NCBI GenBank assembly: GCA_937902805.1
Contig: CALEMB010000103.1
Location: 6,095-70,094, forward strand
Length of the DNA stretch: 64,000 nt
Origin: an uncultured Bacteroidales bacterium
GTDB taxonomy: Bacteria; Bacteroidota; Bacteroidia; Bacteroidales; F082
Reading direction: 5' to 3'
The notes below the pieces were generated by a model. The model had not been told where the DNA came from. It saw only the letters and a program-made list of their open reading frames with translations, and made no database searches. Positions 25,611-35,826 of the stretch are shown piece after piece. The stretch's first letter is position 1, and the number at the start of each line of letters is the position of its first letter. The position numbers and the translations under genes are program-made.

Positions 25611-27242
25611 TCACTTCTTCAATTTATTGATAATTGCATCATAATGCTTGGTATAAGTCTCGTCAGGCTCTTTCAGCAGTTTCAAGGCTTTTTTCATGTA
25701 TTTCTCCGCTTCCCTATAGTCGCCCTTCATGTAAAGTACCCAGGCGTAGGTATCTAAATAAGTCGGGTTGTCGGGTTCCATAGTGATGGCTTTCGTCGAC
25801 ATCTCAAAGGCTTTGTCCAAGTCTTGGTTTTTCAAGGCGAGATAATAGGCGTAGTTGTTAAGCACCAGCACATTGTCTGGGTCGTTGCGCAGCGTGCGTT
25901 CATAAGCATCGAAGGCTTTCTCCTCGTCGCCCACTTCGTGATAAATGTCACCCAAAAAAGCGTCAAAATTGGCCATCTGAACCTTGTCTGAAGTATATCT
26001 CCTACCCTTTTCCAAATACATAATGGCATCGTCATTGTTCTTCAGAACAGCGCTGGCGACACCGGCATACCAATAGAACACCGGTTGCATGGGATAGTAT
26101 TTCAGAGCTGCGATGGCGAGGTCGCGCACAGCTTCGTTTCCATTAAGCCTTGATTCGCAGATGATGAGGTTTTGCCAAGAATAAAAATCGGTGCTATCGA
26201 TGCCCAACGACTTCTGATATAATGCTTTGGCTTTCACGGCATCCTCTTTCATGATATAGTAGGAGCCAAGAATCAAATAGCCGAGTTTGTTGTCGGGATA
26301 GGTCTCAACGAAAGCCTCGCCACATAGCTTTGCCTGTTCGTTGATTTGTTTGGAGTTCTGGTTTTTCTCAATCCAATAGTCGTAGATATTGGTCTTGGTG
26401 TTGAGGTCAAGGTTTTTGTTGCGGATGGCGGCCAACAACTCCTCAAAAGCCTTTTCCTTGTCGCCGTTGTTCTCGTAAAACTCCAACAAGGAAATGTTAA
26501 TATACGGGTCGTTGGGATTTAGCTCCTTGATTTTCTCGTAGGTCTTCAAGGCTTCCTTGTTCTTGCCCGTCTCGGCATACATCTGCGCCAACATGCTGTA
26601 ATAGCGCGGGTTTTCTGGGTTCTCCTCTACCAGTTTTTCTAGCTCTGCAACCAGTTTTTTGTTGTTGCCTTGTCTTTTGTAAATGCCCAGCTTTTGTTCG
26701 GTGATAATCTCGTTTTTTCCGACTTGCTGTTCCAATAAATCCATCTTTTTCAAGGCCTTGTCGTAGTCTTCGGTGATGAGATATACATCGATGAGGTCGC
26801 TAAGCATCTCGGGGTCGTCGGGATACTTGGCGGTCAAGTTTTCATAGAGTTTGGTGAAGTCGTCGTATTGCTCTAGATTGCGGTAGAACATTCCAAGACG
26901 TATTTGGTACCATTTATTGTCTGGGTCGATTTCAGTGGCCCGTTGGATCATGTTGAAGGCATCTTCAATGCGCCCCACATTGTAGTATTGTTCGCTTAGT
27001 TCAAACATCGAAGCGGCATCATCGGGCAAGTAACGAAGGGCTTGCTCAAAGTTGCGAATGGCGCCTTCGGTGTCTTCACGGTACTTGCTTTGAAGACCGT
27101 CCGAAAAATAAGTGGCATTTTTGCGTTTGTCGGGCAGCTCTCGAAACATGGAGCCTGTATCTTGGGCTGCGACACCTAAGCAAATGAAAAACAAGAGCAA
27201 AAAGAGTACTATAGGCCTTTTACCGTCATGGCGGAGGCACAT
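25611..27242 (-). CDS. secreted tetratricopeptide-repeat protein
   Basis: TPR repeats run throughout. The long track ORF overlaps dut. Candidate starts are the ATG at 27242 (MCLRHDGKRPIVLFLLLFFICLGVAAQD, signal-like) and the ATG at 27338. I prefer 27242 because 27243-27351 contains intergenic-type hairpins. Confidence 0.7.
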   Translation of the reverse strand: MCLRHDGKRPIVLFLLLFFICLGVAAQDTGSMFRELPDKRKNATYFSDGLQSKYREDTEGAIRNFEQALRYLPDDAASMFELSEQYYNVGRIEDAFNMIQRATEIDPDNKWYQIRLGMFYRNLEQYDDFTKLYENLTAKYPDDPEMLSDLIDVYLITEDYDKALKKMDLLEQQVGKNEIITEQKLGIYKRQGNNKKLVAELEKLVEENPENPRYYSMLAQMYAETGKNKEALKTYEKIKELNPNDPYINISLLEFYENNGDKEKAFEELLAAIRNKNLDLNTKTNIYDYWIEKNQNSKQINEQAKLCGEAFVETYPDNKLGYLILGSYYIMKEDAVKAKALYQKSLGIDSTDFYSWQNLIICESRLNGNEAVRDLAIAALKYYPMQPVFYWYAGVASAVLKNNDDAIMYLEKGRRYTSDKVQMANFDAFLGDIYHEVGDEEKAFDAYERTLRNDPDNVLVLNNYAYYLALKNQDLDKAFEMSTKAITMEPDNPTYLDTYAWVLYMKGDYREAEKYMKKALKLLKEPDETYTKHYDAIINKLKK

Positions 27243-27307
27243 CCGCCATCTCCCAAGCACAAGGGAAAGCCTTTCTTGCTTAGGAGATTGCGGGTCAAGC
27301 CCGCAAT
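27228..27307 (-). repeat. two hairpins between dut and the TPR gene
   Basis: The first is ATGGCGGA-GGCACA-TCCGCCAT at 27228-27249. The second is ATTGCGGG-TCAAG-CCCGCAAT at 27287-27307. The second is followed by GACG, giving CGCAATGACG as in the palindromic elements at 52.9 and 62.7 kb. Confidence 0.7.
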
Positions 27308-27351
27308 GACGGGTAAGGGTATAAAAAGATTTATTCATGATACTAGTGTTT

Positions 27352-27789
27352 TCAGTTTTTTCCAGTATGACCAAAACCGCCTGCACCTCGTTCCGTCTCC
27401 GACAGCGTTTCCACTTGAACGGTCTCGGCTTGTTCGCACTTGGCAAAGACCATCTGCGCAATACGGTCGCCGCTGTTGATGACAAACGCCTTGTCCGACA
27501 AATTAATGAGGATAACACAGACCTGTCCACGATAGTCGGCATCCACAGTGCCGGGCGAGTTCAAGACACTGATACCGCTCTTGATGGCCAAGCCGCTGCG
27601 GGGTCTTACCTGTCCTTCGTAGCCTTCGGGGATTTCCATGTAAAGTCCTGTGGGCACCAAGATGCGTTGCATGGGTTCAAGGGTGATGGGGCCTTCAGGC
27701 AGATAGGCACGAAGGTCCATGCCAGCGGAGTTTTTGGTCTCGTAAGCGGGCAAGGGGTTATTTGAGGTGTTTACGATTTTGAGTTGCAT
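27352..27789 (-). CDS. dut: dUTP diphosphatase
   Basis: 145 aa with dUTPase motifs [23 protein letters not shown] and GGFGHTG. Confidence 0.95.
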   Translation of the reverse strand: MQLKIVNTSNNPLPAYETKNSAGMDLRAYLPEGPITLEPMQRILVPTGLYMEIPEGYEGQVRPRSGLAIKSGISVLNSPGTVDADYRGQVCVILINLSDKAFVINSGDRIAQMVFAKCEQAETVQVETLSETERGAGGFGHTGKN

Positions 27790-27791
27790 AA

Positions 27792-29306
27792 TTATTTCTT
27801 TTTCAATATTTTACTATTTACGACATTCATCACCCCTTTCACCAAGTCCTTCTCCATCCAACAAATGAAAGCGACGAAGACTAACAGAAGGGCTGTGTTC
27901 ACGACCAAGGTCAAAGCCGTGTTTTCGATATGGATGTATTTCTGGGCATAATACAAAGCGATGGCAATGGCAAAGTAAATGAAGGCGGTTTTCAAATTGT
28001 ACGGTATTGGTGCCTTCTTCTGTCCGACCAAATACGATAGGACCATGCAAGTACCGTAGCCAGCAAAACCGCCCCAGGCGCAGGCCCAGTAGCCGTATTT
28101 GGGCACAAAGATAAAGTTGATGGCTAATAACACAGCACAGCCGATGCCAGAGAATATGGCACCCCACCAAGTCTCGTCAATGAGTTTGTACCAGAACGAC
28201 AGATTGAAATAAATACCCATGAAGATTTCGGCCATCATTACGATGGGCACCACCCCCAGACCCTCACGATATGCAGGTCCGATGATATATTGCAAGAGGG
28301 GCATGTACATCACCACGGCGAGGAAGGCCAACAGCGTGAAAATGATGAAGTATTTCATCACCTTCGCTTGAAGTTCCTTGTCGTTTTTGTCGCGTTGTCC
28401 GCCAAATACGAAAGGCTCGTAGGCATAGCGGAAAGCTTGGGTAATCATCGCCATAATCATCGCGATTTTCACGCAGGCACCATAGATGCCCAGCTGTCTG
28501 TCGCCTTCCTCACCGGGAACGATGAAACGGTAACAGATCTTGTCAGCCACTTGGTTCAAGATGCCCGCCAAGCCCAACAGCAGCAGCGGCCAAGTGTATT
28601 TCAACATCTGTTTCAACACGTCGTGGTCGATGCCGAAACGCAACTTCTTGATTTCGGGGAGGAAACCGAAAGTGATTAAGCTGGTACAGATAAGGTTGAT
28701 GATGAAGATATAGCCGACTTGGTAGCTGTTTTCGTACCAGCCCATTAGGGCGGGATGGCTTTCTTTCAATCCGGGTGCGAGGAAGAAAATGAACAAGTTC
28801 ATGCCGATGCTCATAAAGATGAACAACAGTTTCAATGCGGCAAACTTGATGGGTCGGTTTTCATAACGCAGGCGAGCAAACAAGATAGCCTGAAAGGCAT
28901 CCAAAGCCACGATGATGGCCATAATCTCGACGAACTCAGGGTGGTTGGCGTAATCCAGGACATTGGCGATAGGCTTCAGGAAAACGCTCACCAGAATCAC
29001 GAAAAGCAATGCCACAAACCCCACCGCCAAACCCGAGGTGGAAAATGCTTTGTTAGGGTTGATGCCCTCTTTGTTGGCGAAGCGGAAAAAGGTGGTTTCC
29101 ATGCCGAAGGTCAGGAGGACCAAAAGCAAAGCAGTGTAGGCATATAAATTGGTGACGATACCGTAGGCGGCCGGACCACCAGCTTCAGCGCAAATCTTGA
29201 AGGTATAGACAGGCACCAGCATGTAGTTCAAGAACCTACCGATGATGCTGCTTAAACCGTAGATGGCGGTCTGCTTCGCTAGTGAACCTAATCTGTTTTC
29301 TGACAT
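27792..29306 (-). CDS. MOP/Wzx-type oligosaccharide flippase family protein
   Basis: 504 aa, polytopic with about 12-14 TM segments, and a typical polysaccharide-biosynthesis-protein N-terminus. Confidence 0.75.
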   Translation of the reverse strand: MSENRLGSLAKQTAIYGLSSIIGRFLNYMLVPVYTFKICAEAGGPAAYGIVTNLYAYTALLLVLLTFGMETTFFRFANKEGINPNKAFSTSGLAVGFVALLFVILVSVFLKPIANVLDYANHPEFVEIMAIIVALDAFQAILFARLRYENRPIKFAALKLLFIFMSIGMNLFIFFLAPGLKESHPALMGWYENSYQVGYIFIINLICTSLITFGFLPEIKKLRFGIDHDVLKQMLKYTWPLLLLGLAGILNQVADKICYRFIVPGEEGDRQLGIYGACVKIAMIMAMITQAFRYAYEPFVFGGQRDKNDKELQAKVMKYFIIFTLLAFLAVVMYMPLLQYIIGPAYREGLGVVPIVMMAEIFMGIYFNLSFWYKLIDETWWGAIFSGIGCAVLLAINFIFVPKYGYWACAWGGFAGYGTCMVLSYLVGQKKAPIPYNLKTAFIYFAIAIALYYAQKYIHIENTALTLVVNTALLLVFVAFICWMEKDLVKGVMNVVNSKILKKK

Positions 29307-29363
29307 TGGGTTTTGTTTATTTTGGGTAACGCAAAAATAGGTTTTATTGTTGTATTATTGGAT

Positions 29364-32351
29364 TCAAGTTTTTGGGAGGGTGATAACAAACTCCGCCCCC
29401 TCCCCTTCTTGGCTTTCGAAGGAAATCGTTCCTCCAGCCGCTTGGACGATGTTGTAGGTCAGAGAGAGACCTACCCCAGAGCCACCCGTCTTGGTGGTGA
29501 AGTTGGGCAGGAAAATCCTGTTCTTGTCCTCTTCTTTGATGCCCTTGCCGTTGTCCTTAACGGAGATCACAAAAGCCGTTTCCGTTGACTCCAACCTGAC
29601 TTCAATCTTTCCATCGGCCTTTGAGCCTATGGCCTGTGTGGCGTTTTTGACGAGGTTGCCGACAGCGCTATTTAAGTTAGTTTTGTCGCCGTTGTAGGTG
29701 TGGTCTTTCGTTTGGTCGTATATGTAGCTGAAAACGATGTTTTCCTTGTTATCGTAGAGGTTCACCACATTGCCGACCAACTCGGCCAAATCTAATGGCT
29801 GCGGGTGGTTTTCAGGCAACTTCGCATAGCGGGAGAACGACGAAGCAATATCGGAAAGGGCGTCGATTTGCTCTATTAAAGTGTTGGCGGTGCGTTCTGT
29901 CTGTTCGGGCGTGGCTTTGCCGTTTTCGATGTTGCGTTGTAGTAGCTGCACACTAAGGCGCATAGGTGTGAGTGAGTTTTTGATTTCGTGCGCCACTTGT
30001 CTTGCCACATCACGCCAAGCCGACTCTGCCGTGGTGCGTTTCAGTTCTGCAGCACTCTTCTCCAGTTCTACGATGAGCTGGTTATATTGTTTCACCAAAG
30101 CCCCGATTTCATCGTTGCGTTTCCATTCGATAGGTTCGTTCTTTTGGTCGATTTTGATGTCGCCCAGCTTGTTTTGTATCAGTGACAAGGGCTGTGTCAG
30201 CCTCTTGGTAATACCTATGACGAATATCAATGCCGCACCAAGCAACACCAAGATAATGTTGACGTATGTGAGCATATAGGACTTGATTTCCTTTTGTAAG
30301 TCGGTCTCACTCGAGAAATATGGTGTATTGAGAAACGCCAAAGTGTTGCCTTGCGCATCCGTGAAGGGCAGGTATGCCGATTCGTAGATGCCTTTGCCCA
30401 GTTGTTCTTTGTGAGTGTAATACAGGGCTTTGTTTCGGAACATATTTTGGTAGCCCTCGGCATTCATGATGGGGGCCTGTAGCGTGAGTTCGTAGATTTC
30501 AGGTCTTGTGGTGGCAATGAGTTTTCCGTCGAGACTGTATAGGTTCAGGTCGGTGAAGAAAGTGTTCGCATAATGCTGCATGATTTCCGACCAGGTTTCT
30601 CTTGAAGCGTTTCCAACCAATTGCTTGAAATTAATGTTGTTCTGCATCTCTAAAGCCAAGGTTCGCGTCGTTTCAAACTGTGCAGACATGGTCTTTTGGT
30701 TGTATAAGCTTCGCATGTAAACCACCGAAACAGGTCCAATGGCGAGGAAGGCCACTCCCAATGTGACGAAAATGACGGTTTGCAATCTTTGCCTGAAGCT
30801 ACGGTCTTTCCACGGCTTTTGTTTTTTGGGCCTTATAAGCCAATAGATGAAGAGATATGGAATCAATAGACCCAAGAAAAATATCGCAAACGGTCCGGTG
30901 ATTTCCGACCAACCTTTTCTAAGCGTGCTGATGACAAGAACACCACTTTCGCTGTTGTTAATCGAGTAGTGTTTGTAGCCGTTACTGTAAGTGAAATCAC
31001 GATCTTTGGTGCTGATGTCTTTTAGGAAATTCGGGTAGATGTATTTTCCGTATTTGTACACGAGGATGTTGTCGCGGTAGCTGGCCACCGAGTAGTCGTA
31101 AGGCTTCTCGCTGTTTTTTTCCTGTAATAACCGTGGAAAACCGAAACCTTCTGGAGCAATGGGCTTGTAGAACTCAAAATAAAGTGTCCGTTGTTGCAGT
31201 GAATCGGCCGACAGTATTTTGATTTTGGATAAATAGTTGGGATCTAAAGTGTTATAGTCCATGAAATAGAGGCCGTCCCCTACCCTTTTTTGGCTGTTTT
31301 TGGCCAACTTGTCAAGGAAGAAATCATCGCAATTGGCGACCGTATCCTCGGGTTGGATGTCAATGAAATCTTCTGGTGAGCAAATAGTTAAGGTAGCTTG
31401 GTAATCTTTCATGGTCTCATTGAAGAGCAGCTCTTTGGAGTAACCAAGTACCACATCTGCTAATACATTGCTTTCGGCAAACAGAATCTCTTGGAAGGAA
31501 GTATCTTTTTTGATGTCGTTGGCGAATTGTTGGAAAGCGTTTTCAAAAGCGATATCACGCTTTGCAAATAGATGTTCTGCCATTGCAGCCATCTCCTCGT
31601 TTTCCTTTTTACTGTTATGCTTATAATAGATATAGGTGGCGGCGATGGCTATGAGTAAAATCGCCGCGATGCCGTATTCTACTCTATATTTTTGGAAATG
31701 GTTTGATGTTGTTTTGCGTGGTATTAGCAGCACTACGGCAGCAATTAACAATAGCAACACAAAACCTCCGATAATGATTTTGGTGTATAGTCCCAACGCC
31801 ATCTTCTCGATTTGGCAATTGGCGAGATGTTTTCCGCTGGTTGATAGGATTTTGTATCCTTCATCCTCTGTAAAGGACACTTTGCCGTCGATAAATCCAT
31901 CAATTGGGACAAACCTGTTTTGGAAGAAGGTGTTTTCAAGTCGATAGGTCGTGTTGATAAGCTTGAACACATAGTAGTTGAGGTTGCCCTTGCTGAAGGT
32001 GCGCACGTAATAGTCGCCAGTGAGCAGGTTACAAATCGTGTCATTATCGACGTGTACCTTCCTTCGGATGAGCTTCGGGCCTACCAGATTGTTGTTCCAA
32101 TATAGCAGTGAGTCATCGTGGAAAATATAAAGTCCAACTTCTGCCAAGTCATACTGATGGTAATTAGCATTATTGTTGATCAGGTTTTGAATGTCCTTTT
32201 CAACCCCCTTTACGGCATGTTGCACCATCTTGGCGCTGACCTCAGGTCGTTTCATACCCATAGAAGTAATTCCCGCCGCAATTAGTATTACTGACGCTAA
32301 GAGGAGCATCACCCATCCCCTAATCCTTCTATTTTTCGTCTTTTTGTCCAC
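29364..32351 (-). CDS. sensor histidine kinase with large N-terminal membrane/periplasmic region (NtrY-like core)
   Basis: H-box HEIKNSLTPM, plus ATPase boxes NLVKNATQA, DNGKGI and GGSGVGLS. There is no adjacent response regulator. The start at 32351 is GTG; an alternative ATG lies at 32309. Confidence 0.85.
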   Translation of the reverse strand: MDKKTKNRRIRGWVMLLLASVILIAAGITSMGMKRPEVSAKMVQHAVKGVEKDIQNLINNNANYHQYDLAEVGLYIFHDDSLLYWNNNLVGPKLIRRKVHVDNDTICNLLTGDYYVRTFSKGNLNYYVFKLINTTYRLENTFFQNRFVPIDGFIDGKVSFTEDEGYKILSTSGKHLANCQIEKMALGLYTKIIIGGFVLLLLIAAVVLLIPRKTTSNHFQKYRVEYGIAAILLIAIAATYIYYKHNSKKENEEMAAMAEHLFAKRDIAFENAFQQFANDIKKDTSFQEILFAESNVLADVVLGYSKELLFNETMKDYQATLTICSPEDFIDIQPEDTVANCDDFFLDKLAKNSQKRVGDGLYFMDYNTLDPNYLSKIKILSADSLQQRTLYFEFYKPIAPEGFGFPRLLQEKNSEKPYDYSVASYRDNILVYKYGKYIYPNFLKDISTKDRDFTYSNGYKHYSINNSESGVLVISTLRKGWSEITGPFAIFFLGLLIPYLFIYWLIRPKKQKPWKDRSFRQRLQTVIFVTLGVAFLAIGPVSVVYMRSLYNQKTMSAQFETTRTLALEMQNNINFKQLVGNASRETWSEIMQHYANTFFTDLNLYSLDGKLIATTRPEIYELTLQAPIMNAEGYQNMFRNKALYYTHKEQLGKGIYESAYLPFTDAQGNTLAFLNTPYFSSETDLQKEIKSYMLTYVNIILVLLGAALIFVIGITKRLTQPLSLIQNKLGDIKIDQKNEPIEWKRNDEIGALVKQYNQLIVELEKSAAELKRTTAESAWRDVARQVAHEIKNSLTPMRLSVQLLQRNIENGKATPEQTERTANTLIEQIDALSDIASSFSRYAKLPENHPQPLDLAELVGNVVNLYDNKENIVFSYIYDQTKDHTYNGDKTNLNSAVGNLVKNATQAIGSKADGKIEVRLESTETAFVISVKDNGKGIKEEDKNRIFLPNFTTKTGGSGVGLSLTYNIVQAAGGTISFESQEGEGAEFVITLPKT

Positions 32352-32486
32352 TATGTATCTATTATATTGTGAACCAGTTGTTTACAAAATCTTTGTTTTA
32401 ATCCACTTTTTTGTCTCTTATGATATCGTCAATCTTTTTGCTCCGAAAATGTCTTAAAAGCCCTAAAACGCTCCAATTTTTCAATT

Positions 32487-33371
32487 CTACACTTTTTGCT
32501 TCTCAAACACATATACCCTACTCGACCACTCTTTTGACCTCCTTGCTTTACAATTGGATAGCCAACCTCTGTATATTCCTCTGATTAACGGGAAGTTGTG
32601 GCATCTGTATTGTTCGCTCATGTATGAGATGTAATAAGCATCCCATCTGAGTTTATCCGTTTTTACCAAGTTTAAACCATTGGTTTTAAACATCTTTGCT
32701 AATGTTTCTTTGCTGAAATGGTTCAAATGTCTGGGCACATCGTATGCCGCCCATTTCTCATGGTAATATTCTGCATCGTACGATTTGTAGTTTGGTACCG
32801 CGATGACAATCCTTCCGTCTTTTTTAATAAGCCGTTGAAGTTGAGCGACTTGCCATTTCAAATTGTCCACATGTTCCAAAACATGCCACATGGTAATCAC
32901 ATCGAATGTCTCATCTGGGATTTGTTCCAAATCCTCGCTGGAATGAATTTCCGCTTTGATGCGTTTCCTCGCGATTTCTTTGGCGTCTTCCGAGGGTTCT
33001 ACGCCCGTGCAATTCCATCCATGTTGTTCAGCGGTGTGAATGAAATCCCCTACCCCACAACCTATATCCAACATCTTTCCGACGCTTTTGCCTTTGGTGG
33101 CCAAGTTGTATTTGTGCTTGAGGTTGATGGATTTCACGCATTCATATATCTTAGGGATAAACCCTTTTTTATTTTCCTGGTGGCTGTAATACTCGTCTGA
33201 TTTGTAGTACTCGCCTATTTTTTCCTTTGACGGTCGTGGCTCAGTAAACAGCAATCCACAATGGCGACATTCGTAGATTTGAAACTCTTCGCTTGTCAAA
33301 AACTCATCCCTTAGCCAAAGGTGAATTTGGGTTTTTTCTGAGTCGCACCAAGGGCATTTATATGTGTTCAT
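32487..33371 (-). CDS. class I SAM-dependent methyltransferase with N-terminal zinc ribbon
   Basis: CPWC...CRHC zinc ribbon and SAM motif I LDIGCGVGDF. Confidence 0.8.
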   Translation of the reverse strand: MNTYKCPWCDSEKTQIHLWLRDEFLTSEEFQIYECRHCGLLFTEPRPSKEKIGEYYKSDEYYSHQENKKGFIPKIYECVKSINLKHKYNLATKGKSVGKMLDIGCGVGDFIHTAEQHGWNCTGVEPSEDAKEIARKRIKAEIHSSEDLEQIPDETFDVITMWHVLEHVDNLKWQVAQLQRLIKKDGRIVIAVPNYKSYDAEYYHEKWAAYDVPRHLNHFSKETLAKMFKTNGLNLVKTDKLRWDAYYISYMSEQYRCHNFPLIRGIYRGWLSNCKARRSKEWSSRVYVFEKQKV

Positions 33372-33401
33372 ATCTTTAGTATTTCATGTGAAACAAACGA
33401 G

Positions 33402-35276
33402 CTATCTTCCTAAGAATATGGCTAATACATTAATATCAGCTGGTGAAATTCCGCTGATTCTTGAGGCTTGCCCCAAGGTCTCGGGTTGGTATCTGTTCAA
33501 CTTTTCTCTTGATTCGTATGACAAGGATTGTATATTGTGGAAGTCAAAATCTTTGGGAAGTTTTACGTTCTCCAAGCGGTTCAACTTTTCAGCCAGTTCG
33601 TTCTCCTTTTGTATATAACTGTCGTATTTAATGAGTATCTCAGCCTCTTCGAGACACTCTCTTTCAAATCTATCTTGAGTGTTGTATCGTTCTTTAAGAA
33701 TGGGAATACGATCTGTCATATCAAAAAGTCCGATTTGTGGTCTAAGTAAAAGAAAAGCCATCTTCATTTTTTGTTCTATGGGTGCACTTTCCTTTTCTTC
33801 TAGAAGTCCATTGATTTCTTCGGGATAGACAGATGTTTCCTTCAGAAATTCCATGATTTCCTGCACTTTGGCTTTCTTTTCTAGATATTTTTGGTAACGG
33901 TCTTCCTTGGCTAAGCCTAGTTTGTAGGACATTTCCGTCAAACGGGTATCTGCATTGTCCTGTCGCAATAGGATTCGGTACTCTGCCCTGCTGGTGAACA
34001 TCCTATAAGGTTCGTCCACACCTTTGGTAATGAGATCGTCAATCAGTACGCCAATATAGGCTTCAGAACGCGACAACACTAGAGGTTGCTCGTCTTTCAA
34101 TGCCAAACTTGCGTTAATACCTGCCATCAGACCTTGACAAGCGGCTTCTTCGTAACCCGTCGTTCCATTGATTTGTCCGGCAAAATACAAACCATGTATG
34201 CGTCTAGTTTCAAGGGAATGGTGCAACTGTTCTGGCGGGAAGTAGTCATATTCGATGGCATATCCTGGTCGGAAGATCTTGGCGTTTTCGAAGCCTTCGA
34301 TCTGTCTCAAGGCTTTATATTGGATGTAGTCCGGCAAAGATGAGCTAAAGCCGTTGAGATAATACTCTTCTGTTGTCCAGCCTTCGGGTTCTACAAAAAG
34401 TTGGTGACTATCCTTCCCTGCAAAACGCTCGATCTTATCCTCGATGCTTGGGCAATATCTTGGCCCCACGCCTTGGATGCGTCCATTGAACATAGGTGAG
34501 TATTTGAAGCCCTTACGTAGGGTTTCGTGTACTTTCAACGAGGTATGTGCAATCCAGCAGCTTCTCTGTTGGGTGATTTTGAAGGGTTCAGTATAAGAGA
34601 AACCGACCACTTCATCATCGCCCTTTTGCTCAATAAGCTTGCTAAAGTCTATGGTTCTGCCGTCAATTCTTACGGGTGTACCTGTCTTCAAGCGTTTGGC
34701 CTCAAAGCCGATTTCTTTCAGCTGTTCCGTGATACCATGACTGGCTACCTCTCCCATTCTGCCGCTTGGGAAATGCTGTTCCCCGATATGGATTAACCCG
34801 TTAAGGAAGGTGCCGTTAGTAAGAATGACCGCCTTACTTTCAATCTCGCCGCCCATCAGGGTCTTTACGCCTTTGATTTGGTCGCCCTCCACTAACAATC
34901 CCACTACTGTATCCTGCCAAAAGTCGAGGTTGGGTGTCTTTTCCAGGAGGCTACGCCATTCGGCAGAGAACATCATCTTGTCGCTTTGGCATCTTGGACT
35001 CCACATGGCGGGACCCTTCGATTTGTTCAGCATCCTGAATTGGATCATGGTGCGGTCGCTGACGATGCCCGAATAGCCTCCCATGGCATCGATTTCGCGG
35101 ACGATCTGTCCCTTCGCGATGCCGCCCATGGCGGGGTTACACGACATGGAAGCCATCAAGCGCAAGTCCATAGTGATGAGCAAGGTCTTGCTGCCCAAAT
35201 TGGCCGCCGCTGCCGCCGCTTCGCAACCAGCGTGACCGGCTCCCACAACGATTATATCATAGCGTTCAAAAATCAT
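33402..35276 (-). CDS. mnmG: tRNA uridine 5-carboxymethylaminomethyl modification enzyme MnmG (GidA)
   Basis: 624 aa with FAD motif DIIVVGAGHAGCEAA. The sequence is collinear with GidA over its full length. Confidence 0.95.
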   Translation of the reverse strand: MIFERYDIIVVGAGHAGCEAAAAAANLGSKTLLITMDLRLMASMSCNPAMGGIAKGQIVREIDAMGGYSGIVSDRTMIQFRMLNKSKGPAMWSPRCQSDKMMFSAEWRSLLEKTPNLDFWQDTVVGLLVEGDQIKGVKTLMGGEIESKAVILTNGTFLNGLIHIGEQHFPSGRMGEVASHGITEQLKEIGFEAKRLKTGTPVRIDGRTIDFSKLIEQKGDDEVVGFSYTEPFKITQQRSCWIAHTSLKVHETLRKGFKYSPMFNGRIQGVGPRYCPSIEDKIERFAGKDSHQLFVEPEGWTTEEYYLNGFSSSLPDYIQYKALRQIEGFENAKIFRPGYAIEYDYFPPEQLHHSLETRRIHGLYFAGQINGTTGYEEAACQGLMAGINASLALKDEQPLVLSRSEAYIGVLIDDLITKGVDEPYRMFTSRAEYRILLRQDNADTRLTEMSYKLGLAKEDRYQKYLEKKAKVQEIMEFLKETSVYPEEINGLLEEKESAPIEQKMKMAFLLLRPQIGLFDMTDRIPILKERYNTQDRFERECLEEAEILIKYDSYIQKENELAEKLNRLENVKLPKDFDFHNIQSLSYESREKLNRYQPETLGQASRISGISPADINVLAIFLGR

Positions 35277-35351
35277 CTTTTGGTCAATGTTTCACGGGAA
35301 ACAATCTATTTAATATTTTGAGTATCAATTATATAAATCATGGTACTATGA

Positions 35352-35825
35352 CTATTGACCATGACTATGACCCGTTTGACCACGGTTTTGTTCATAGTCA
35401 GAGGTCATGGTCATATAAAATTCCAAACATTTCTCTTCCTGGTTACGCATCTCTTTTTCATCCTCGTCAGTATGGTCGTCAAAGCCGATGAGATGCAACA
35501 CGCCGTGGATGATGACACGGTGCAGTTCGCTCTCGTATGTCCTGCCAAAGGTCACAGCATTCTCCTTGATGCGGTCCACGCTGATGCAGAACTCGCTTGA
35601 CAGCACGGTCTCACAATCCGTCAGCGGAAAAGTGACAATGTCGGTATAGAAATCGTGTCCAAGGCGTTCCTTGTTGATTTCCAGTAGTTTGTCGTCGCTA
35701 CAGAAATAGTAGTACAACTCCCCTATCGTCTTGCCATAACCTTGGGCCACCGCCTCAATCCAAGCCTTGTCGCGCTGTGGGTCAATGGGTGGCATCTCCA
35801 CGTCCAATGTGCTGAATCTGATCAT
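35352..35825 (-). CDS. ybeY: rRNA maturation endoribonuclease YbeY
   Basis: 157 aa with zinc motif HGVLHLIGFDDH. Confidence 0.9.
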   Translation of the reverse strand: MIRFSTLDVEMPPIDPQRDKAWIEAVAQGYGKTIGELYYYFCSDDKLLEINKERLGHDFYTDIVTFPLTDCETVLSSEFCISVDRIKENAVTFGRTYESELHRVIIHGVLHLIGFDDHTDEDEKEMRNQEEKCLEFYMTMTSDYEQNRGQTGHSHGQ

Positions 35826-35826
35826 T

